From Perkinsus olseni (lineage: Eukaryota): a DNA stretch of 20,000 bases. The notes under the pieces were generated by a model. The model saw only the letters and a list, made by a program, of their open reading frames with translations. It ran no database searches and was not told the origin of the DNA. Numbering within the stretch: the stretch's first letter is position 1; every line of letters starts with the position of its first letter. The stretch covers positions 51,017 to 71,016 of the forward strand of contig JABANN010000107.1 in assembly GCA_013115125.1 (NCBI GenBank), read 5' to 3'. Made by a program: the position numbers and the translations under genes. This document shows, in pieces, positions 1 to 8,074 of the stretch.

Positions 1-832
1 TCTGGACCCCTTCAACTCGGGTTCAGCGCGGCAGTCGTCGGTTACGGCCAGCTGGAGAGGCTTTGGTTCGAGGATGACAGATAGATGAATGGTAGTAGTG
101 GGATGTGGCACTCGCCCCCTAGCATACGCCTTGTCGACTGACCGACCATCATCATTGCATCTACGGCGCACTGGAAAGATGCAACACGGGAAAAGGAGGC
201 CACTATGGCGCGCGGCGTGGGTAGGGGGGTTGAACTATCAAAGCACTGGGCCAGTATTCGCTAACCGCTGTCTGCTGCTACGTGTTATAGTGACCTCATT
301 TTGAATTTTTCCCGTTACAAGAGCCAGCATCATTTCCCTGATCATCGTCTCCTGGTGCAGCTCTGAGGGGCCACTGCTCTGCGGTCCACAGGTTGTGGAT
401 GACCGTCCTCTCAGTCCTTGAATGGTTGTGGGTAGCTGGATGGAGCTTCTCTGTCGGGCTTACCCACTCTTCCTACACTCCTGTACTACCGGCCGGGCGG
501 TTAGGGGTCGTGGGCGGCTCTCATGTGCCGCCGCAGCCTGTAGGAGAATTCGACTTGTATCTAGGGCTTGTTGCTCGACTGGGGCCGAGTCTTGGCATCA
601 AGATTAGCGTCAAGACTCAAGCTAGGCCTGCTCAGCAGGCCGTACCTCTGGCCCGTCTCATGACGAAAAGAGTCTCGGCGATGCTCCCAACAAAGCAGAG
701 GGAGTGTCAACAGCTGACTCCGTGCGGGGATCTATTATTGAACAGAAGGGGAATTTTTGGCGTTGAGTTCCCAGGGTGGCTGAGCAGAGTGGATCGCTCT
801 AGGGTGTCGATATTCGGGCAGTTTATTCCCCC

Positions 833-1930
833 ATGAAGAGCTTCCTCCAAATCCTCGCTTTGGAGTCTCGTCTCTTCGAGACCCTACTGAAGAGGAGGAG
901 CGGTCAAGCAGAGTGCAGCGGGGGGCTCTTGTTCGTTTTCTCGAGCCTGGTGCCACAGAAGCGATACACACTGGACTGCCCTCGAGAGGAGATTCTAGTG
1001 AGTCCACCACCATCATACATCTTCGTTATGAATGAGGATCTGTGTGGTGTCTATCCCACCCCTACTGGTGTATATATTAGGAAACCATTAGAACGTGGGG
1101 AGGAGGTCATGGTACTGCAGCCAGGCTTTCAAGGTACCAAGGCTGTCTACTATTACCATAATGACAAATCACAACTATTCGTATTGTGTGAGGATAATCG
1201 TAAGTTGATTATTTATGACCTGATAACGGAGAAGAGTGTGGCGTACTCCATTCTCGGACTCCCTGGTAACGGCTCCCGCAGCAGCAAGAACGCCGACCTC
1301 GTCTGCAATCCGCTCTTCGCCTTCTTCCTGGCTGCCACTGGACACCTCTTCTGTATCGACTTGCGTACGGTGGACGATGATGCCTTGCAAGCCAAGCTGA
1401 TATGGACCAGTCCTCACTCAGCCTCGCCGGAGAGTTCCTACGGGACGGTCAGATGCATGACAGGTGCGCCCGAGGCGGTGATGGTGACCATGGCTCATGT
1501 TGGTGACATCACTACCTATTTTCTCGGTATTGAGCATCCCGAGAAGCCGCCGCTGTATTTCACCGAGCTTTGTAAAACGGTCAATAGCCTCGGTCTCCAC
1601 TTGCCCTCGGATCATGCCGTTATTATACCTTTTGATGACCATCTCAATGGCTTCGTGATGAGGACCTATGAGCATGGCTGCTCCTATAGACTGTCACTCC
1701 TGAGCGACCTCGGTCACTCTATTGACATCGGCTACCGATTGCCGACTCGCCAGAGCCTGCAGATTGTGATTGGTGCCAAGGACGTTATATACATGATGAG
1801 GCAGGACACCTCAATGGTGTCCGCTGCCTACGAGTCATCTGATGGAGGTACTGCTTTGAATGGGGCGGCCAAGCGTAGGCGGACCGTTCAGGCCCCCTGC
1901 TGGATCTCCACACACTACGTCTTTCTTTGA
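833..1930 (+). CDS. Intronless hypothetical protein, tandem family copy 1 (365 aa)
   Basis: Long ATG-to-TGA ORF. Clear paralogy with 2171-3286 and 4235-5371: shared TLDCPREE...CEDNRKLI block, HLFCID...QAKLI motif, LQIVIGAKDVIY motif and a terminal hydrophobic/Tyr strand. Confidence 0.85.
   Translation: MKSFLQILALESRLFETLLKRRSGQAECSGGLLFVFSSLVPQKRYTLDCPREEILVSPPPSYIFVMNEDLCGVYPTPTGVYIRKPLERGEEVMVLQPGFQGTKAVYYYHNDKSQLFVLCEDNRKLIIYDLITEKSVAYSILGLPGNGSRSSKNADLVCNPLFAFFLAATGHLFCIDLRTVDDDALQAKLIWTSPHSASPESSYGTVRCMTGAPEAVMVTMAHVGDITTYFLGIEHPEKPPLYFTELCKTVNSLGLHLPSDHAVIIPFDDHLNGFVMRTYEHGCSYRLSLLSDLGHSIDIGYRLPTRQSLQIVIGAKDVIYMMRQDTSMVSAAYESSDGGTALNGAAKRRRTVQAPCWISTHYVFL
971..1223 (+). repeat. Near-identical ~250-bp in-frame cassette, copy 1 of 3
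   Basis: ctggactgccctc...gataatcgtaagttgattatttatgacctga. Matches 2306-2547 and 4370-4622 at the DNA level. Confidence 0.95.
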
Positions 1931-2170
1931 TTGCTTCATTCTCTTTCGGCTTCCCTCTCCTGAACTTAATTCGTGATGGTGACCCCTTTGTCGTGGCATC
2001 ACCATGTGAACCATTTCCTAGCATCTCTCTCAATTTCTTATCCGGTAATGGACTTGAGTTGCCTGGGAAGCTACAAGACAATCCAGACTGTCTTCGTCTG
2101 GAATCGTCGGCTTCGTCACTGGGTGGCAAAGTATCCCTTTCGCATAGTTACTGTAGAGTTGTTTCCGTGA

Positions 2171-3286
2171 ATGAGGCTGCCTGCAGAGATTATGGCTTTG
2201 GAGCTTCGAGTGCTCGAGACCATGCTGGAGAAGTCGGGCAGGTCGGGGACGCTACCCGAGGTTGGGAAGGCATACATGGATTTCTTGGGCACTCGACCGT
2301 GTACGCTGGACTGCCCTCGAGAGGAGGTCCTAGCGAACCCACCACCATCATACATCTTCGTTATGAACGAGGATCTGTGTGGTGTCTATCCCACCCCTAC
2401 TGGTGTATATATTAGGAAACCATTAGAACGTGGGGAGGAGGTCATGGTACTACAGCCAGGCTTTCAAGGTACCAAGGCTGTCTACTATTATAATAATAAC
2501 AACAAATCACAACTATTCGTATTGTGTGAGGATAATCGTAAGTTGATACAGTACAACCTTTCCGACTCGCCCGTAGGCCAAGGCGTGACCACTGAAGTCC
2601 TAGGCCTACCAAAAGCTACTGCCCTCAATAAGACCGCATCACAGCTCCTCTACACCGATGACTTCGTCTTTATCATTTTCCCTACCGGCCACCTCTTCTG
2701 CATCGACCGACTCGATATACGGGACGCGGCCCAGGCGAAGCTCATCTCCGCGGACCGACTCGATGCAGGGAGCACGCGGAGCCTGCTTTCGGTTCCTGGC
2801 GATTCGAAGGCGGTCAAGCTAGCAGTGTTGGGCTACCGAAGATTTAAGATGATTACTCTCAAATTAAAACAGAGGAGAAGCCCGTTGTACTTTGAAGAGG
2901 ATACTGAGGAGCTTGACGTGGCATCGAAGCTCGGTGAGACTAACAGTGAGATGATGCTAGTCCAGGATGTAGCCGGCCAGTGTCTCGCCGTGATGGCCAG
3001 GTCCGGCGGAGTTAGCGGGTGCCGAATTTTCCTTTGCAGCAGATCCCTGAGGCCTCTGGGGAAGGCTCTGGTGTTCTCTAATGAGTACCAGCCAGTGCGC
3101 AACCTGCAGGTTGTCTTTGGCGCGGATGATTTGGTATACGTTCTCCGCGAAGATAATACTCTGGTCGAGCGCTTCTTAGAGGAGGACTATGATCCCGAGT
3201 CGGTTCATGAGTCGGAGTTGCGTGGCGACTCAGACGCTGACTACTCGAGAGCCTGCAGGCTGGCCACTTACTACATTTATAGGTGA
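2171..3286 (+). CDS. Intronless hypothetical protein, tandem family copy 2 (371 aa)
   Basis: Long ORF, collinear with copies 1 and 3 over its full length, with the same conserved blocks. Confidence 0.87.
   Translation: MRLPAEIMALELRVLETMLEKSGRSGTLPEVGKAYMDFLGTRPCTLDCPREEVLANPPPSYIFVMNEDLCGVYPTPTGVYIRKPLERGEEVMVLQPGFQGTKAVYYYNNNNKSQLFVLCEDNRKLIQYNLSDSPVGQGVTTEVLGLPKATALNKTASQLLYTDDFVFIIFPTGHLFCIDRLDIRDAAQAKLISADRLDAGSTRSLLSVPGDSKAVKLAVLGYRRFKMITLKLKQRRSPLYFEEDTEELDVASKLGETNSEMMLVQDVAGQCLAVMARSGGVSGCRIFLCSRSLRPLGKALVFSNEYQPVRNLQVVFGADDLVYVLREDNTLVERFLEEDYDPESVHESELRGDSDADYSRACRLATYYIYR
2306..2547 (+). repeat. Near-identical in-frame cassette, copy 2 of 3
   Basis: The core 2339-2488 differs from 1004-1153 at only 2 of 150 nt, both synonymous. 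Confidence 0.95.
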
Positions 3287-4234
3287 ATGCTGTTGATAAT
3301 TAGAAGTTGAAGAATGGTTGTGAGTGGCGATACCAATTTTTACATTGTCTCATTTGCTGCCACTGGCGTTGTGTCATCAAACTCGGAGGAGGTGGAGAAG
3401 TTGAGGACGGTGTGGTATGGAATCAGTCACGGGGGTTGTAGTTGTCTTGCTCTGAATAAATTTTCTACTTTGATCTGCACGAGTTGCTAGTTCGCTGGTA
3501 CTCGGTATCTCGATGGTTCTCTCAGGTCACGCTCACGAGTCAGGCATGTCTCTTTCTCTTGCAGGGGACAGGAGACTCGCCAGCTCGTTGTTGGAATGGT
3601 GCTAAGATGCAATATCAAGTAAACTGAATCAGGTGTATTCCCACCCCTAAGCCCCCATAGTGAACCCTCTAGTTCCCTAGTCTACGCGTGGACAGGAACG
3701 GGCACTCCGTGCTGTGCACGCTGCTGCGTTGTCGGTAGCGAGTTCCCCGGCCCTGATTAGCGGCCTCGACGCCGTACGTTCTGTCTCGCTATAGCACCGG
3801 TACCTGGACACCGTCCTGGTCTCAGTGCCCGACTGACGGGGTCTTTCCCGTGGATAGCGCCGTAGTTGCTCGCCGAGCTATCATTCACACCTCAGAGTTA
3901 TCCCGTGTTCATTTCATGTGTTACCGTGTCACGAAAATCTGGGCCATCCGTATGAGAATTCTTACCCCCTCTCTTCTCATAACCATGCCCACTTGGCCTG
4001 CGCCTCAGGTTGCTACTAGTGACAGCCACGGTAATGGGCTGCAACGAGAAGTGAATCCTACTTCAGGTCTAGTGCAATAGTTGTCCTAGAAGATACCCTA
4101 GACAGTGAGGCGTCAGCCCTACTTGGCGCCTCATGACTAGGGGCCACTGGTTGAACTGTTGTGAGATGTGGCCATTGGTTGTCCGAGTATATCCCTCAAC
4201 CTTCAGTTCTTTCCCTCTGTGATTTTTCCTCGAT

Positions 4235-5371
4235 ATGAAATTGCCGCCCCACGCCATGGCCTTGGATTTACACCTCTTCGAGTCGGTGGTGCAGAAGTCT
4301 GCCGGTATGGGCTCCTTGCCTGAGTTGATGTGCGAGTTCGCCCCTTACATCGGGAAGAGGGAGCTTACGCTGGACTGCCCTCAAGAGGAGGTCCTAGTGA
4401 ACCCACCACCATCATACATCTTTGTTCTGAATGAGGATCTGTGTGGTGTCTATCCCACCCTTACTGGTGTATATATTAGGAAACCATTAGAACGTTGGGA
4501 GGAGGTCATGGTACTACAGCCAGGCTTTCAAGATACCAAGGCTGTCTACTATTATCATAATAACGAATCACAACTATTCGTATTGTGTGAGGATAATCGT
4601 AGGTTGATTATTTATGACCTGAAAAGCAGCCCCAAGCCAACCAGCATCGTAGTTGAGGTCCTGGGCTTGCCCGGTTCCAAGAGTAGCTATATGGATGAAA
4701 GTGGCGTGGAATTAGCTTGCACTGACGACTTTGTCTTTGTCCTCTCCGGTGCCCAGCGTATCTTCTGCATCGATCGACTTGGGGTCGTTGATAGCGCCCA
4801 AGCTAAGCTCATTTGGTCTGCCCGCTTCACGATGGTTGAGAACAGCCATCTGATGATAGATCCTCGGGAACCTCGGGCTGCGCAGCTGATATTATCATGT
4901 TCTTCCGAGTCACAGCATCCGTGGGTCCTCCTCGCGCTGCAGTTGAAAACCCGCCGAGAGCCTCTTTACTTCAGCAAGGCCTTCAGCGCGATTACCCCAC
5001 AGGTGAGTAGAGATGAGGATGAAGATGAGGAGGCTACTGCTGTATACGACATTCAACCTGTTGGTCATCACGTCTTGGCAGTGCACCACGCTGCCCCCTT
5101 CGTCGGAGAAGAGGCGATCACGCTTTGCAATCGGCAAATGTATGCCCTAGGCCCACCGATGCCTCTGTTGGACCTCTACGAGTATCATGAACCACAGAGG
5201 AAGCAGCTAGTTTGTGGGGAGAGAGACCTCATCTACACCATTGGTGACGCCTCCTTTGATGCCGCTGACATAAACAATGCCAGCGCGAGAGTCGGGAATA
5301 AGAAAAGAAGAGTCGCCCGAAGACCGGGATCGGCGTCTCTAATTGGATCTTATTACGTTTCTAAGAAGTGA
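4235..5371 (+). CDS. Intronless hypothetical protein, tandem family copy 3 (378 aa)
   Basis: Long ORF. The N-terminus MKLPPHAMALDLHLFE aligns with MRLPAEIMALELRVLE of copy 2, and the same conserved blocks are present. Confidence 0.87.
   Translation: MKLPPHAMALDLHLFESVVQKSAGMGSLPELMCEFAPYIGKRELTLDCPQEEVLVNPPPSYIFVLNEDLCGVYPTLTGVYIRKPLERWEEVMVLQPGFQDTKAVYYYHNNESQLFVLCEDNRRLIIYDLKSSPKPTSIVVEVLGLPGSKSSYMDESGVELACTDDFVFVLSGAQRIFCIDRLGVVDSAQAKLIWSARFTMVENSHLMIDPREPRAAQLILSCSSESQHPWVLLALQLKTRREPLYFSKAFSAITPQVSRDEDEDEEATAVYDIQPVGHHVLAVHHAAPFVGEEAITLCNRQMYALGPPMPLLDLYEYHEPQRKQLVCGERDLIYTIGDASFDAADINNASARVGNKKRRVARRPGSASLIGSYYVSKK
4370..4622 (+). repeat. Near-identical in-frame cassette, copy 3 of 3
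   Basis: The core 4403-4552 differs from 1004-1153 at 6 of 150 nt. Confidence 0.95.
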
Positions 5372-5707
5372 ACGTTACTTCGCTTTCGTCAACCAATCTC
5401 ATCTGTCATGAGGGTGCTCCGGGGTCGCGTTCCACAGGTCTGGGCTACTGGGCCAATGCCACAGTGATGTGATCCGGATTCTAGTAACAGTCTCAGGGTC
5501 GAAGTCACAGGCCTCGGTGGGGCGGAGTGCCTCCTCGTCTTTTGAAGTACAGCTGCCGTGACTCCGTGCTTACTTACCAGGTCTCGCCTCCGGTCGGGTA
5601 CTGGGCAACTGTCCTGGGGTCCCGGAGGCCTGGGATGAGCGCTGGTACAGGCGTGATGGTCCACCAGAGCTTCTCGGGCCGTCTCAGATTTGTTCCTCTC
5701 CTGTGTC

Positions 5708-7819
5708 ATGTGTAATACAACTGTTCCCAGCGGCCGGGATGAAGCAGCGTCATCTGCTGCCAGCACAACCTCCTCATCGGAATCGACTTGTTCTGGGGAG
5801 CCCAGGCTACCACTGCAAATGGAGATCTCTCTGCGCAGCAAGGTGGGACTGAGTGGGCTTAGAGGATCCTCCCCTGAGACTCCAGTGGGCGGCACTTCCC
5901 CGTTCTTCAGTCCTTAGTAACCATGATGAGTGTACGAAGCAAGGAGTGGTCAGTCATGGACGACCTATGGCGAACCTCTTCTATGCTCAACAGACGGGAG
6001 AGGCGACCAGGGGTCAACATGGACGTAACGATCGGACTGAGGGACCGATCAATGTCTGACCGATCCTTATCGTCACAGTAGGTTGACACGCTCCGTGTGG
6101 AGAACATGACTTGGCGAATGAGAAACAAGTGGAAGAACCATGTGCCCTCCGAGATAGACTACGAGGATGATGCTAGTGTAAGAAGAATGCAATTTCGTGG
6201 CGCGCGACAAAGCTTGGGTGATCTCAGCCGGACTCTGCAGGCATCGACGAGTCTTGCAAAGGCCTTCTTGACGTTATCAAGGACCACAATGAAGATATTG
6301 AAGTCGAGACTAGCCGGTAAAATAATGCGGCGGAGCGAAGTTTTTTCTGCTATCTTTGACTGAGCCCATTGCCTCTAGGATCCTAGCTGGAGCTCCCTTC
6401 GCCAGTACCTCTCTGAGCAGCGTCTTCCGTCACGAGTAAGGCAGGCGCCTACCGATCGGGAATCATGCGCAGCTTTCAGTCACTACCACGGCTTCCTGCT
6501 GGACATGGATGGTGTCCTTCACCAGTTCGGCAAGGCTATCCCTGGCGCCAGTGAGTTCATGACCACACTCAACGCTGGGCAGGTAGCCGCCTCCTTGGGT
6601 CGAGGCTTCTTCTTCACACTTCCATAGGTGCCGTACATGCTGCTGACCAACGAGTGTCGGTACACTACGGAGGAGTTGAGTCGGAATCTATTGAGCATAC
6701 TGGGGGTTAGCATACCCGCCAACCAGATCTACACGGCGGCTAACAGTAGGTCGCCACCTGCTCGGCCTCCCGCCGCTACTACGATCTCTCAGGTGCTGCG
6801 GACTTCTTCTGTCGGCTGATGGCTAACGGCTGGACGGGCGTGGTCTACATCGTCGGTGAGGTGCGTCACGGCTGGGATGAACCGTCACCCCTGCTAGCAT
6901 TTGTGTGATCAGATTGGTCTGGTCTCTACGGTGAGGCAGGCCTTTGTCAAACATGGGCTGCCGGAAGACTCGGTTGTCACGGGTGATACCAGGAGAAGTC
7001 GATCGCCGAAAGAAATTGATTACGTCCTCATCGGCTCGGTAACCAGCAATCTCGGTGAACAGAGAAACGCCGCAGCCAGGGATCGAACCGGCGTGATGCT
7101 ACGTCCTCCGCCAGGTCCACTCTGACAACACTCGGTACGTCGAGTACGCCTGCTCCTGCGTACAGGAAGGAGCTCGGCTCCTCTTCACCTGTCCTGATTA
7201 CTACGAGGTAGACCCTCTCCCCGTCCCTCCACCACATCCACTCCTTAGGTGACGTCGGATGGCAGCTACAAATTCGGCATGCCGATGCCGGCGGTTGAGA
7301 CCATATCCAAAGTAGACGGCCGCCACTACTACTGCTGCTGCTGCTGCTGGGCTTCATAACCGCCTTCAGGTTACTCATGCGTCCTCGTACAACCTGGGCA
7401 AGCCCAACCCACATATGCTCCGAATGGCTCGGCAGCGGTTGCTGTCACAGTATTCCCGTGGCCGCACCCCAGGGCTGGGGCCAGTCCTTTTTGTTGGCGA
7501 CTCTCTAGGTGCTTGCTCACCACTGGTGTGTCACCTGTCACCACCCATCTCACAGGTACGGACATCCGTACGGCTATTGAGAACGGCATAGACTGCGCCT
7601 TGGTCATGAGCGGGTGCACGGATGAACAACAGTTGAAGAGAAGCCCACTCCTCCCAAACTTCGTACCAAATTTCGCCCTATTCATCTGCGCTGTTTACCC
7701 TCCGTCAGGTTTTTGTGAGTATCAAAGAGCTCATGGCCGCCTATGGGAGCGGCTCGCTGGTGCCTTGCGTCCCCGACCTCCCAAGCAGCGCTGGGGTGGC
7801 CGCAGCAGCAGTGCACTGA
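5708..7819 (+). CDS. HAD-superfamily class IIA hydrolase (NagD/phosphoglycolate-phosphatase-like) with an N-terminal extension; spliced
   Basis: Predicted GT-AG exons: 5708-5842 (tentative), 5911-6024, 6082-6177, 6228-6316, 6379-6435, 6480-6582, 6628-6745, 6793-6860, 6913-7038, 7115-7207, 7249-7311, 7370-7508, 7556-7662 and 7709-7819 (13 exons plus the tentative first). They give one open frame with motif I FLLDMDGVL, motif II LLTN, motif III GKPNP, motif IV VGDSLGTDI and then ALVMSGCT...PNFVF. The start is uncertain (5708 or 5923). Confidence 0.88.
7326..7349 (+). repeat. (CTA)2(CTG)6 microsatellite inside an intron of the HAD gene
   Basis: Read directly; lies in predicted intron 7312-7369. 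Confidence 0.8.
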
Positions 7820-8074
7820 TAACGCTTCACACCCTGTCTATAATGAAGCTTCCTCAGCGTACACGTTACGCGAGGTGTCAATTTTTTGACGGGCTCGAGT
7901 CCTCGGAGAGGATCGTCAATGGTCACTCCCCTCGATCGGTTCCTGTGGATCATCTGATGCTACTCGCGAGATGAGCCAACTAATGTGTCCTTATAGACTT
8001 AACGGCAGTCTCGCGTTAGTGAATTCATATGAGGAGGCACACGGACATTAGGGAACGTTTCTGGGGGAGTCCGC

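Noticed and set aside
1-88. Possible 3' end of an upstream gene
   Set aside because: Two frames are open to nearby stops and neither peptide is recognisable, so I cannot choose or support one.
393-836. 147-aa ORF overlapping the start of family copy 1
   Set aside because: Non-ATG start, no recognisable motif and no counterpart upstream of copies 2 or 3.
1927-2415. 162-aa ORF between and overlapping copies 1 and 2
   Set aside because: Out-of-frame overlap with the well-supported 2171-3286 ORF, and a TTG start.
971-4622. CRISPR array or diversity-generating retroelement TR/VR interpretation of the repeated cassette
   Set aside because: The repeats are about 250 bp and in-frame coding. Differences are not adenine-specific, and there is no reverse transcriptase or cas gene in the window. 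The context is eukaryotic.
5408-5715. Possible small spliced plus-strand gene
   Set aside because: The apparent splice sites do not join the ATG at 5408 to the downstream frame without a stop.
5389-5895. 168-aa minus-strand ORF
   Set aside because: GTG start with a stop 7 codons upstream, antisense to the probable first exon of the HAD gene, and no motif.
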